Shown here: one piece after another, positions 8,191 to 17,444 of the stretch
Layout: each line of letters begins with the position of its first letter
How positions within the stretch are numbered: position 1 is the stretch's first letter
From: a virus
Lineage: Duplodnaviria > Heunggongvirae > Uroviricota > Caudoviricetes
Direction: 5' to 3' (one strand)
IMG/VR virus record: IMGVR_UViG_3300041409_000458
DNA: 64,000 nucleotides
Position numbers and translations under genes: made by a program
The notes under the pieces: model-generated
Databases searched by the model: none
Seen by the model: only the letters and a program-made list of their open reading frames with translations
What the model was told of the DNA's origin: nothing

Positions 8191-10242
8191 TTAAAATAAT
8201 GTTAATTGTTGTGTTCCTGAAAGTGACTCTACAAATGCTTTTGCCTTCTTACTCTTCTCAAGAGAGTCTATACGTTCTAAGACTTCCAGAATATACTGGT
8301 CATAATCAATATGATAGTTCTCTGATGTAAAAAACTTGTTAAAGTAGGTTATTAAAGGTTGTCCAAGTAAATTAGGAGCGTTGACATGATTATTCATTGC
8401 TTTTCCAAAGTTGTTATAGCCTCTTTTCCAAAGGACTGAGCCTTTAGTTGAAAGGAAATATCGTACTAATTTCTTATGTACTTTCTTTGTTACCCCTGTT
8501 TCATCACTCCATTGTTCTTCATAGTGCATTTTACCAGATGCTTTTTTAGCTATACAGAAATCAAAGATATTTTTATGCTCCCTAATAAAAGCTTCCGGAC
8601 TCTTTCCTTCTATAAAGTATGCCTCTAGAGCCAATGGAATAATTCTAGCAGATTTATTTTTGTTGATTTCAAATTCAGTCATGAATCTACCTTTCTTCTT
8701 AACACCTCCATCTTTCTTTTTGCCAATGTAGGAGTTAATAGAATCCTGCCATAAACCTTCAAAATCAACATATTCTAGCTTACCATTCTCAAAGTTTCCT
8801 ACCTGAGTTTCCCACTTAGCACAAATTTCATTGTACAAAGGCTCTTTATCCTTTGGAAACATAGTTACAATACCATCAGTGTTTCCACTAACTACTTGAA
8901 AACCAGCTTCTTCCATCATTTCAATGAGCATCAAAATCTCAATCTCATTGCCCATACAAACCCTCAGCAAACCTTCCGGGTATTCAAGGAATGAACCTTT
9001 CTGTCCTAGCTTACCAAAGAGACCACCATTATTACAAAGTTTAAGCATTTCCTGCAATCCCATCAAAGGTCTTGCTTCATCATGCTTACCCTCTGCTTTA
9101 AGTCTATTAGCTTCCTTTTTGTAAACTGACCTATTCTTTACATTCCTATCAGCAATCTTAATGATAGTAATCTTCAAGTGTGGAGGACAAACTGGTTCTT
9201 TAATGATGAAATTTGGATATTGACCACCAACGTCAGCATCTCTCAAGAGGTAGCCAATCAAAGCTTTGAGCTTTCTATTCTTCTCATTTGAGTGCAATCC
9301 TCCTTTAGCAACTGTGTAAACAGTATTTCCAATAGTAATAGGAAACTCCTGCTTTTCAGCTAATACAAAGGTTTCTCCAAGTTCTTTTATGAATTTCTTA
9401 AGCTTTGGAGTAGTAAATTTCATACTCTTAGGAAAGAACTCCTTAAACTTTTTACCATAAGGATAAACAACCTTCTTTGGGAAGATACTCTTCTCATCAG
9501 CTATTCTTTCCTCTTTGATATAGTTCAATTTGTTCCATTCTTCACCAATCTTAACGTCACTCCAATTCAAGCATTGCATACCTGTTTCTTTCTGAACATC
9601 AAAACGGTCCTGAATCTTGTTTTTACCTTTGTAATCCTTAAGCTCAGGTAGGTCAACATTTCCTAATATGAGATTAAATACTCCTTCAGTAACTTCTACG
9701 TCATTACGACGGTAATTCTGAATCAATTGCACATCTTCTTCTGTTAATCCCAGCCTTGTGTGATGAATTGGCATTTCTTCCACGTCCATGTTCAGTATAA
9801 AGGCACACCATTTCAATGATGTTCTTCTGGCCTCATTATCAAAGTGAAGGATTTTGAACACATCTAAAGGTGGAATTGTGAATTGGTGTTCTTTACAGGC
9901 TGGAAATAAGCCATAATTACTATCTTCAATTACCTTTTGAGCGTAATCAGAGATTTTCTTACAAATCTGGAGATTTTCCAAATCAAACCATTTCTGATGA
10001 TTATCAACTATATATTCCATGACCTGTTGGTCAAAGTTGATTCCGTTGAACGTAACTAAATAATCATATTCTCCAGAGGTGTAATGCTTAACGAACTCGA
10101 AAAGCTCATTCTTGTACTTTGACACTTGAAATTCGTGCCATTCTTTGGTATCTGGATTGTAGAAACCTGCGTCGAATAGTTCAACCATGGTCTCAATATC
10201 ACAAATACCAATCTTTTTGTCTGTGTTATGTGCAATTAACAT
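8191..10242 (-). CDS. family B DNA polymerase with 3'-5' exonuclease domain
   Basis: 683 aa; Exo I GICDIETMVE, Exo II FNGINFDQQVMEY; Pol motif A DADVGGQYPNFI (DxxSLYPS-like), motif B KLCNNGGLFGKLG (KxxxNSxYG-like), motif C VSGNTDGIV (YGDTDS-like). Confidence 0.8.
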   Translation of the reverse strand: MLIAHNTDKKIGICDIETMVELFDAGFYNPDTKEWHEFQVSKYKNELFEFVKHYTSGEYDYLVTFNGINFDQQVMEYIVDNHQKWFDLENLQICKKISDYAQKVIEDSNYGLFPACKEHQFTIPPLDVFKILHFDNEARRTSLKWCAFILNMDVEEMPIHHTRLGLTEEDVQLIQNYRRNDVEVTEGVFNLILGNVDLPELKDYKGKNKIQDRFDVQKETGMQCLNWSDVKIGEEWNKLNYIKEERIADEKSIFPKKVVYPYGKKFKEFFPKSMKFTTPKLKKFIKELGETFVLAEKQEFPITIGNTVYTVAKGGLHSNEKNRKLKALIGYLLRDADVGGQYPNFIIKEPVCPPHLKITIIKIADRNVKNRSVYKKEANRLKAEGKHDEARPLMGLQEMLKLCNNGGLFGKLGQKGSFLEYPEGLLRVCMGNEIEILMLIEMMEEAGFQVVSGNTDGIVTMFPKDKEPLYNEICAKWETQVGNFENGKLEYVDFEGLWQDSINSYIGKKKDGGVKKKGRFMTEFEINKNKSARIIPLALEAYFIEGKSPEAFIREHKNIFDFCIAKKASGKMHYEEQWSDETGVTKKVHKKLVRYFLSTKGSVLWKRGYNNFGKAMNNHVNAPNLLGQPLITYFNKFFTSENYHIDYDQYILEVLERIDSLEKSKKAKAFVESLSGTQQLTLF

Positions 10243-10296
10243 GTCTATGTGTTATCATGCTGATACAATATCGTACCCGAGGGCTGACAAGGCCAC

Positions 10297-10698
10297 TTAA
10301 GGAATATCTTCCGTTGATAATACTTTTTCTGCATAGTGATTATCAATATAGTTGTGAATTCTATATGTAATCTCCTCTCTATCATAAGAAACTCCTATTT
10401 CATTATGTGGATGGTCCTCAAACTCACAACTGTATTTTATGAAATAGTCAGAGATTGCTGTCCAAAACTCATGTATATAGAATTCTCTGAATTCACTTGG
10501 TATATCATTATATGATTTATCATGTAACTTGTTATTCTCTCTATACCATGATAATCCTGCTGCTGTTGGTCTCCATCTCTGAACTACCCTTCTAAAAGTC
10601 CATACCTTACAATTTCTATAGGTATGTTCCTCAACATCAAGAGGTTTTGCTGTACGAGATAAATATATCTCCGCAACATTTCTGAACTCTTCTGTCAT
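10297..10698 (-). CDS. hypothetical protein
   Basis: 133 aa ORF. Confidence 0.35.
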   Translation of the reverse strand: MTEEFRNVAEIYLSRTAKPLDVEEHTYRNCKVWTFRRVVQRWRPTAAGLSWYRENNKLHDKSYNDIPSEFREFYIHEFWTAISDYFIKYSCEFEDHPHNEIGVSYDREEITYRIHNYIDNHYAEKVLSTEDIP

Positions 10699-11045
10699 CT
10701 TCCATTAAAGTTAGGGGTTAAGTAATGACCTCCAGCATTAGAAGGACAGTTTAAATACTCACATACTTCTTCTCTAGTAAGTCTTTTGGCTTTATTCCAG
10801 TTATTTCGTTCCATTACGTCCATGCTTAAGCCATCTACTTTAGTCATATAAAACCCTTGCTCTTTTGAGTCGAATTTTATTATAGTACAAAAGTTGTCCA
10901 TTCTGGTAACAATAAGATTTGGAACTATATCTTTCGGTACCCATTTACGAGGAACTCTTTTGGTCACCTCAGCTGATGCTGGAATAAGTTTACCTATTAA
11001 AGGTAATACAAATAATCCAGCTAAAAAATTACGTCTATTCATATT
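10695..11045 (-). CDS. secreted protein with twin-arginine (Tat) signal peptide; start adjusted to internal Met
   Basis: Internal MNRRNFLAGLFVLPLIGKLIPASA has RRxFL Tat motif plus hydrophobic core and ASA-E cleavage site; using this Met removes the overlap with the upstream gene. Confidence 0.45.
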   Translation of the reverse strand, partial: NMNRRNFLAGLFVLPLIGKLIPASAEVTKRVPRKWVPKDIVPNLIVTRMDNFCTIIKFDSKEQGFYMTKVDGLSMDVMERNNWNKAKRLTREEVCEYLNCPSNAGGHYLTPNFNGR

Positions 11046-11052
11046 ATATAAT

Positions 11053-11679
11053 TTATAATAATAACAATCTATCAACTCCAAAAGCAAATCCGACTCCTCC
11101 TTTATATTCTCCTCCTCCACATACCTGTTTTTGAGCACCTAAGTTATTACAGCTTATTTCAAAGCCCTTTCCGTCCTTGTAGTAATCCAAACCTCTCTTT
11201 ACATCACTTCTAAGCTCAAATGAGCCCGGAATGCTCTTATAAAGGCTTACAGCTAAATCCTTCAGATATCCAAGGTAATCTTTTGTAGGGTTAAGTATTT
11301 CAACCCCTAATTGAGTAAATTGACGATATCTTCCAGATTGAGGTCGTTCTCCTCTGAAACATTCCTGAATGTAGAATAATTTGACGTCCTTTTTATGTTT
11401 GAAAGTTGTAGACGCAAGTTTTTGGACTATTGCCGTATATTCTGGAGCCAAACATATATCTCTTCCTCCTCTGTCTTGAAAATTGAACATGAGATTGTTG
11501 TTTTCCTCTCCTACTTTTCCTTTAAAGGTCTCCTGAAGCTGAATTATTGGAATCGACATTTCTGTGAATCCTTCCGTAATGAGTCTTTGAACTGATTGTT
11601 CAATAAAGTCTCGTTTTCTGTTGCCAAAGAGGATTCGGGTACCTTTATAGCAGGTTTCTTTGATTTCAATGTCTTTCAT
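11053..11679 (-). CDS. class II aminoacyl-tRNA synthetase-like core (HisRS/HisZ-like), lacks anticodon-binding domain
   Basis: YKGTRILFGNRKRDFIE ... FQDRGGRDICLAPEYTA (HisRS N-terminal pattern); motif 2 FRGERPQSGRYRQFTQLGVEI; motif 3 GGGEYKGGVGFAFGVDRL; only about 210 aa. Confidence 0.6.
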   Translation of the reverse strand: MKDIEIKETCYKGTRILFGNRKRDFIEQSVQRLITEGFTEMSIPIIQLQETFKGKVGEENNNLMFNFQDRGGRDICLAPEYTAIVQKLASTTFKHKKDVKLFYIQECFRGERPQSGRYRQFTQLGVEILNPTKDYLGYLKDLAVSLYKSIPGSFELRSDVKRGLDYYKDGKGFEISCNNLGAQKQVCGGGEYKGGVGFAFGVDRLLLL

Positions 11680-11681
11680 AG

Positions 11682-12068
11682 TTATTTTCTTTCTTCTGGT
11701 TGTCCACAATAAATGCAGGAATCTTGCTCTGTATCATCTTCATGATAGTCACATTTGCCATCTGGTGAGTCTCCATTGCAATCCCAACGGTCATCAATTT
11801 CTTCACGTAATCTTGTACCTGAGTAACCCTCAAGCTCAGGAACTTCTTTTAGAGGATATTTACCAAGATAATGAGGTTTAAAACTGTCTCTAGAGTGAAG
11901 TAGGATTGGGTCAGTATATAGAGAAGCAATATAATCAATACTTTGACTCCATTTTTCATTGCTTTTAGGGATATCCATCAATTTATGGATTATCACCCTT
12001 TCTCTGGTAAAGACATTACGTATCATTCTCACTCTATCCTGAAAGCTATAGGGATTTCTTTTATCCAT
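11682..12068 (-). CDS. hypothetical protein
   Basis: 128 aa ORF; Cys/His-rich C-terminus (CDYHEDD...CIYCGQPE). Confidence 0.35.
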   Translation of the reverse strand: MDKRNPYSFQDRVRMIRNVFTRERVIIHKLMDIPKSNEKWSQSIDYIASLYTDPILLHSRDSFKPHYLGKYPLKEVPELEGYSGTRLREEIDDRWDCNGDSPDGKCDYHEDDTEQDSCIYCGQPEERK

Positions 12069-12077
12069 AATTTCAAT

Positions 12078-12110
12078 TTAAAAAGGAGGTCCACGATTGT
12101 GAACCTCCTC
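12078..12110 (-). terminator. rho-independent terminator downstream of OMP gene
   Basis: Hairpin ggaggtccacgattgtgaacctcc with T-tract in minus sense (A-tract on plus). Confidence 0.5.
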
Positions 12111-12120
12111 ATTTAATAAT

Positions 12121-12594
12121 TTAGAAGCTAAAAGTAAGCCCCGATGTTGCAAAGGGAACACTTCCTGATGTGGTTGAACCTGTAAAGTAAAACCCACCAA
12201 GTCCAGCTGATAGCTGAAGGTTCTTGGCAATGTTATAACCAACTGAAGCTCCATACTCTGTCATGAAGTTCCTGCTGGTCCAAACAATTCCACCTCCCAG
12301 TGAGCCATTCACTGAAAAATTGCCACTTTCCCAAAGGGTAGGCGTAACTCTTACTGTGGTGTAACAATTCCCTTTTGACAGAGAAGTTGAGCCAACTGCT
12401 ACACCAAATTTCACTTTTTTCACCTTAATACCTAATTCCCCGGAAGCTAATGATTTGTTGTCAAAAGTGCCAGATGTTAATAAAGGTGAAACTGAAGCAG
12501 TTACGTACAATTGTGGTACGTCTAACTTCTTTGTTTGTGCCATTGCTGTCAATGACAAGCAAATAAGCGTTAATCCTACTAAAACCTTTTTCAT
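12121..12594 (-). CDS. outer-membrane beta-barrel protein (OmpA/OmpW-like small porin) with signal peptide
   Basis: 157 aa; signal peptide MKKVLVGLTLICLSLTAMAQ; alternating amphipathic beta-strands rich in G/S/T; C-terminal aromatic ...GLTFSF typical of OMP beta-barrels. Confidence 0.6.
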   Translation of the reverse strand: MKKVLVGLTLICLSLTAMAQTKKLDVPQLYVTASVSPLLTSGTFDNKSLASGELGIKVKKVKFGVAVGSTSLSKGNCYTTVRVTPTLWESGNFSVNGSLGGGIVWTSRNFMTEYGASVGYNIAKNLQLSAGLGGFYFTGSTTSGSVPFATSGLTFSF

Positions 12595-13047
12595 AAATAT
12601 TTATTTGTTTAAAGATTAGCACCCTCCTGTTAACTAAACCTAGTAGGATTCGCACCTAAATGGGTTGGGGTCACATAGTTATCCGAGCCTACCTCCACCA
12701 CAGCCACCCATTTCTGAGTGCGAATGATAACTACTTGCTGAGAACTCATTTGTGTTGTCTGTACTGTTGAATCTACTCCAAAGGAGCATACTATTCATTC
12801 ATAGCGTCTGTTCAGTCCTATCTTTCTCAAGGATAGCAACACATTTCGACTTTCATCGAATATTCTTATTTAGAGTCGTGTCAATGTTTTCCGACTATAG
12901 CTTTTAGTATTATTGTATTAAGAGGCTCGTTCTAATCCCAAAGGATTTAATCTCTATTACTCATACTCAGGTCAACTGTTACATGTGTCAAGAATTACTT
13001 CGGAATCACGTCATAACATATCTATCTATTGCTCCTGTTTAGCAAAT

Positions 13048-13359
13048 TTAGCCCTTTTCTATCAATCTTTTGGCTTTTGCCACAAAATATTTCCCAATTC
13101 CCATATTTTTAACAACATGGTCAGAAAGAGTTACTTTTGTTTTGATATCAAGGTTCTTTAAAGCCAACTTCCTACCTGTCTCTTTAGAGAAAGAATCTTC
13201 TCTGCTACAAACAGCTATTCCGAATGTTATTGTATCTCCCTCCAAGACACCAGCAACGGTGTAGCTTGGTTGGGTTTGTTTTCGTTCTCTACCAGTCATT
13301 TTCCGGTAGGATTTACGGTTTACATGATTATTAACATGTACATAAAGTGTGTTGCTCAT
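13048..13359 (-). CDS. hypothetical protein
   Basis: 103 aa basic ORF. Confidence 0.35.
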   Translation of the reverse strand: MSNTLYVHVNNHVNRKSYRKMTGRERKQTQPSYTVAGVLEGDTITFGIAVCSREDSFSKETGRKLALKNLDIKTKVTLSDHVVKNMGIGKYFVAKAKRLIEKG

Positions 13360-13540
13360 TATCTTAATTTTTGCTGTGATGCAATTATCAACTGTAGAGC
13401 CTCTTCTCTGGTAAAACCTTGAGCCATAAAGAAATCAAGCAGTTGCTTGGCATATTTTGCCTGCAGTTCTGCAATCCTTGGACTATCAGTAATACTTGAT
13501 AAAATCTCTGTTAGCATTTCAACGGTCTCATTCATAATAA

Positions 13541-14392
13541 TTAATTTGCAATTGACAATCTTGATTTCTTGTACTGTTCAATTAAGGCAGCACCTTCCTG
13601 AGCATTCAAGGTTCTCTCTGTTGAATTACTACTCATCTTAGGAAGAACATTTCTCCTAAAATCTTCAATATCAGCAGTATATGAATCAAGAGAAGCATCA
13701 ATTTGCTTCAATGACTCATTAAATGCTACCATCTCAGTAGAGTTTTTCATCCAATTTGAAGCATTGGCTGTAGCTTTAGCCATTTGCTTGTACAGTTCGT
13801 ACTCCTGAGCTTTGCCATCCAAGTTTATTTTGAGAATCTGTGTATCAGCTACTCTGTTTTCATAGTAGTCAATCAAATCTTTCTCCAGTTGCTCAGCAGC
13901 TAAAACCTTTGGTTCAATGTTCTTAAACTGTTGGTCAAGCATTTTCACTTTAACTTCCAGAACCCTCCTTTGAGTAGGATTAGTCTCCAGTTCATGGAGT
14001 TTTGAAGCTGTAGTAGCATCAGAAGCTATTGACTGAAGTGTTTTCTGAGATTGAATACGTGAAGCTGTTATGGCTTTAAGGTCCTGTGCCATTTTGTCAT
14101 TCTCACCTAAGAGGTAATTATAACCTTGCCAAAGATACCAAAGCTTATCAGAAGATATCATTTTCTTCGTCATATTCCATGATAATCGTTTGAATAGGCT
14201 CCAAAAAGCTTCATAACTATATATCAGGAAGAGCATCGGAACTGCAAGTGCTATAAGTATCCAAATGTTAGCAAATATTGTGATAAGTGGTGGTAAAAGG
14301 AACCACAGAATCACCAAAACAGCACCAACCATTAGAAGAGCTACACCTTTCTGAAACGGATTGGTTAAATCCGCTGATTTTACGTTTAGCAT
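13541..14392 (-). CDS. membrane protein with N-terminal TM helices and C-terminal coiled coil
   Basis: 283 aa; hydrophobic stretches VALLMVGAVLVILWFLLPPLITIFANIWILIALAVPMLFLIY followed by helical, charged region. Confidence 0.4.
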   Translation of the reverse strand: MLNVKSADLTNPFQKGVALLMVGAVLVILWFLLPPLITIFANIWILIALAVPMLFLIYSYEAFWSLFKRLSWNMTKKMISSDKLWYLWQGYNYLLGENDKMAQDLKAITASRIQSQKTLQSIASDATTASKLHELETNPTQRRVLEVKVKMLDQQFKNIEPKVLAAEQLEKDLIDYYENRVADTQILKINLDGKAQEYELYKQMAKATANASNWMKNSTEMVAFNESLKQIDASLDSYTADIEDFRRNVLPKMSSNSTERTLNAQEGAALIEQYKKSRLSIAN

Positions 14393-14396
14393 GTTA

Positions 14397-15374
14397 TTAG
14401 TTTAGATTTAATAAAAATCCAACGGTGAAGTTGGCATCCCAATCGAATATGAAGGTATTACATTTAGTTCCATCCTCCAATCCTCGGTAAATATTTAATC
14501 CTGAACGAAGTTTTACATCATCTCCGGCACTATAAAAATCAGAGGGTTTCAACAAAGTAAATCTTTCATTACCAGTTCTTACCTTACTCGCCAGTTGAAA
14601 GGGTACTCCTCCAATAATGAAGCAGTTTTCCCTTTTGGGTACAGGTATACTTTGTAATGCTTCTACAATTTCATTATATACATCTGCATCTTTCTTACCA
14701 TCCTGATAATATTTGGCACCTGAGCATTCAATTGTTCTGGATTTTCCGTTTTCATACCACGAAATTTTGGTATTTCCACTTCCAATATCAACCACAAAAG
14801 AATTATCAAAATAAGCCTTAGGTAAAAGTGCCTTTAGAGCGTATTTACCTTCTTGCTCTGGAGTAACTCGATTTACCACATAACCCATCTTTTCAATGGC
14901 AGAGGCTATCAGCTTTGTCTTCTCATTCTTAAGTGCTCCAGAGGACATTACAAAATGAATATTTCTCCCAGCAACCCCTTTGGTTGAGATAGAGGAGATA
15001 TAATCCTTCAATCCTTTTTTCACATCTTCTTCTGTTATAAAGCCTTCATAAGCAAGTGATTTTCCAAATTCCTTACTTACGAGTTCCCAATTCTTATTGG
15101 CATCCATATTGATAACGAAAGAATTGAAGCCGGAAGCTCCAACTTCAATAACACCTTTGTAGACACCGTTGATAGGTACTTCAGTGGTTACATTAATGGA
15201 AGAACCTTTTGGATTAGAGGCTGGTTCTGTAGTTGCTGTCCCGTCCTTTGTGCTCACGGTTTGTTCCGTTGGATGAGCTACTACTGGTTTCGGGTGCTTG
15301 TAATCATAGAACTTGTATCCTACAAGTCCTAGAAATATTATTCCTAATATAATAGGAAGGCTTTTCTTTGTCAT
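14397..15374 (-). CDS. membrane-anchored Ppx/GppA-like (actin-like ASKHA fold) phosphatase-family protein
   Basis: 325 aa; N-terminal TM anchor LPIILGIIFLGLVGYKF; IEVGASGFNSFVINM and VVDIGSGNTKIS resemble Ppx/GppA phosphate-binding motifs. Confidence 0.45.
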   Translation of the reverse strand: MTKKSLPIILGIIFLGLVGYKFYDYKHPKPVVAHPTEQTVSTKDGTATTEPASNPKGSSINVTTEVPINGVYKGVIEVGASGFNSFVINMDANKNWELVSKEFGKSLAYEGFITEEDVKKGLKDYISSISTKGVAGRNIHFVMSSGALKNEKTKLIASAIEKMGYVVNRVTPEQEGKYALKALLPKAYFDNSFVVDIGSGNTKISWYENGKSRTIECSGAKYYQDGKKDADVYNEIVEALQSIPVPKRENCFIIGGVPFQLASKVRTGNERFTLLKPSDFYSAGDDVKLRSGLNIYRGLEDGTKCNTFIFDWDANFTVGFLLNLN

Positions 15375-15625
15375 GTGTTTTCTAAATTAAATTGTTCAAG
15401 ATTTGCTCTCAATGTTTTATGAGCTATAGTTAATACAGCTGATATGAAAGCTTTTTCGGTTGGTTGTTCTTCGAATATGGCTTTTCTGACTCGGGCGTAC
15501 TTAAATTTACTGACACGATACATGTGAGTGGGCTTTACATAGCCACTTTTCTTAATGTAACAATTGAAGATTTTAACTTCATGAACACCGGGTTTTGCCG
15601 AGGCAATTAATCTGGGAGTCTTCAT
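15371..15625 (-). CDS. hypothetical protein
   Basis: 84 aa ORF. Confidence 0.3.
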   Translation of the reverse strand: MKTPRLIASAKPGVHEVKIFNCYIKKSGYVKPTHMYRVSKFKYARVRKAIFEEQPTEKAFISAVLTIAHKTLRANLEQFNLENT

Positions 15626-15656
15626 TCTTTTTTCAGTTTTAAGTGAGTCAAATTAG

Positions 15657-16103
15657 TTATTCTTTGTCCTTTGCCAACTCCTCCTTAGCACTCTTAAGTG
15701 CTTCAGCGTACCCTTCGTTCCTTACATCCCTTTCGGAGATAGTTTTCTTGAAATTGTTCACTGCTTCAGTAAACTCTTTCTTTTTCTGCTGTTCCTTTTG
15801 TTCCAGCTCTTTCTTAGCCTTACTCATTTCATCCATGAATAAGAAATACTTTTTGAGAAGGGTTTTTAGCTCTTCAAGAGCTTTCTTTTCAAATTCTTCC
15901 TGTTCATCTTTGAAAAGGAGAGCAACAACATTAGCTGTTCCCTCTGTTCCAAGACTCTTTCGAGGAAGTAAGGCTTCATCTCCTCCTAAGAGTGTTTTGA
16001 CAAAATCCAACGCAGCTGCATGATTTTTGGAAATTTTGTCCTTTTTGTCCTGTTCGGACTCTAGTTGTTGACCTTCTTTCAGGTCTTCGGTTGTGTCTGA
16101 CAT
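15657..16103 (-). CDS. hypothetical acidic coiled-coil protein
   Basis: 148 aa; K/E-rich helical composition. Confidence 0.35.
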   Translation of the reverse strand: MSDTTEDLKEGQQLESEQDKKDKISKNHAAALDFVKTLLGGDEALLPRKSLGTEGTANVVALLFKDEQEEFEKKALEELKTLLKKYFLFMDEMSKAKKELEQKEQQKKKEFTEAVNNFKKTISERDVRNEGYAEALKSAKEELAKDKE

Positions 16104-16112
16104 GTTATAGTT

Positions 16113-16568
16113 TTAAAATTTGATAGAATCAATTGCTGAGAATGATACAAAGAAGAATGGGTCAAATTCAAGCTTCTTTTCTGAATATCCCAGTTCCTTG
16201 TAGTCATTTGGGTTATATTTCAAGGATTCATAATTCATAAAACGTAACACTTCAGCTACTGTATTATAAATCTTATAATATTCTCCACTGGAAGACAGAA
16301 AAATACCTGAAATATATGCTTCTTCAGAGTCTACATTTACGACCATACCTCTGAATATCATATCAGCCTCTCTGTATCCAATTACCCCTCGTAGTAGACG
16401 GACAATCCAATTACGAGCTAATCCGGTTATTTCTGAATGAGAGAAGGTAAGTTGAATTTTACCTTTTTTGATACCTCTTGTCCATTCATAGAGATTTCTG
16501 TTAACATGAGTAATGGCTTCTCTAATACCATTAATCAGTGTCTCTTTCGAGACAATTTGTTGGTCCAT
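16113..16568 (-). CDS. hypothetical protein
   Basis: 151 aa ORF. Confidence 0.35.
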   Translation of the reverse strand: MDQQIVSKETLINGIREAITHVNRNLYEWTRGIKKGKIQLTFSHSEITGLARNWIVRLLRGVIGYREADMIFRGMVVNVDSEEAYISGIFLSSSGEYYKIYNTVAEVLRFMNYESLKYNPNDYKELGYSEKKLEFDPFFFVSFSAIDSIKF

Positions 16569-16571
16569 ATG

Positions 16572-16787
16572 TTAATTTTTACGGGTGTAGCTGACATTAA
16601 AACTGTCAACATAGGTAAATCTGTAACCTTTGAACTTCTTAAGGAAGTCAATTTTACCTCTACTCTTCTTGCCAATATCACCTTTTGATGCTGGTGGTAG
16701 TAATTCCTGAATTGTGTTTCCTACCACACGTAAATCGTGCTTTTTCCCTAGTTGTTCAACAACCAAATGTTCTGCATACTCTGCCAT
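16572..16787 (-). CDS. hypothetical protein
   Basis: 71 aa ORF. Confidence 0.3.
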   Translation of the reverse strand: MAEYAEHLVVEQLGKKHDLRVVGNTIQELLPPASKGDIGKKSRGKIDFLKKFKGYRFTYVDSFNVSYTRKN

Positions 16788-16807
16788 TCTGTTAATTTTT
16801 AAGTAAT

Positions 16808-16841
16808 AAAAAAGCCTCTACATTTCTGCAGAGGCTTTTTG
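16808..16841 (-). terminator. bidirectional rho-independent terminator
   Basis: aaaaaagcctctacatttctgcagaggcttttt: 6 bp GC-containing stem flanked by A-tract and T-tract. Confidence 0.5.
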
Positions 16842-17163
16842 TAAATACCCGATGTTACTCTGTAATTTCTTTTCTTATTAGAATCTTATCTTGGGCTCGT
16901 CTTTTTCCAGATGTTACCCTTTTCATCCATTTCTTTGCATGTTTGGCCCATTCTCCATTTAACTTGGAATTGGCTGCATGCCCTACTCTTAATTTTGACA
17001 TAATTATAAATGTTTGATTCATTTACCAATGTTGTCATTATTAGATTACCTCCATGAACCCTCTCAGGAACAGCTGGGATTTGCACCCGCATCACTGGCT
17101 TGGCAAGCTCTTAGTGAGGTTAACTTATCTCTAATAAGTTTGAGACACATCCTTATTCCCGGA

Positions 17164-17439
17164 TTAGGATTTAGTTAGTAAATAATCTTCTTTCTTGGTC
17201 TTTTTCTTGAAATTGTACCCTCGTGCAACTCGAGCATTGTATAGCTCTTTTACATCTCTCCTCTTTTGTTTGTAAGCATTGAGTTCCCAATGTGTTTCAG
17301 CATTTAAGCCGAAGATTTTATCGAAGAGTCTTTGCTTTTCCTCTAGAGTGAAACTGTCTATGTTTCTTTTGTAAAGGGTTATTCTTATCTGATTGTACAC
17401 TCTGGTTTTCATAGCTAGAGTTTTATTTGCTACTGACAT
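17164..17439 (-). CDS. hypothetical basic protein
   Basis: 91 aa ORF. Confidence 0.3.
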   Translation of the reverse strand: MSVANKTLAMKTRVYNQIRITLYKRNIDSFTLEEKQRLFDKIFGLNAETHWELNAYKQKRRDVKELYNARVARGYNFKKKTKKEDYLLTKS

Positions 17440-17444
17440 GTTAA

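Noticed and set aside
8924-9124. Antisense ORFs inside large genes (e.g. 8924..9124, 52717..53049, 54099..54341, 57523..57849, 62621..62851)
   Set aside because: Embedded opposite to well-supported long genes (PolB, terminase, portal, scaffold, structural protein) with low-complexity translations; typical six-frame noise.
16886-17095. 69 aa minus-strand ORF in intergenic region
   Set aside because: Lies between a terminator and next gene, odd composition, no start context; region may instead encode a small RNA, but I could not fold a convincing tRNA from the TGCAAAT-loop hairpin there.
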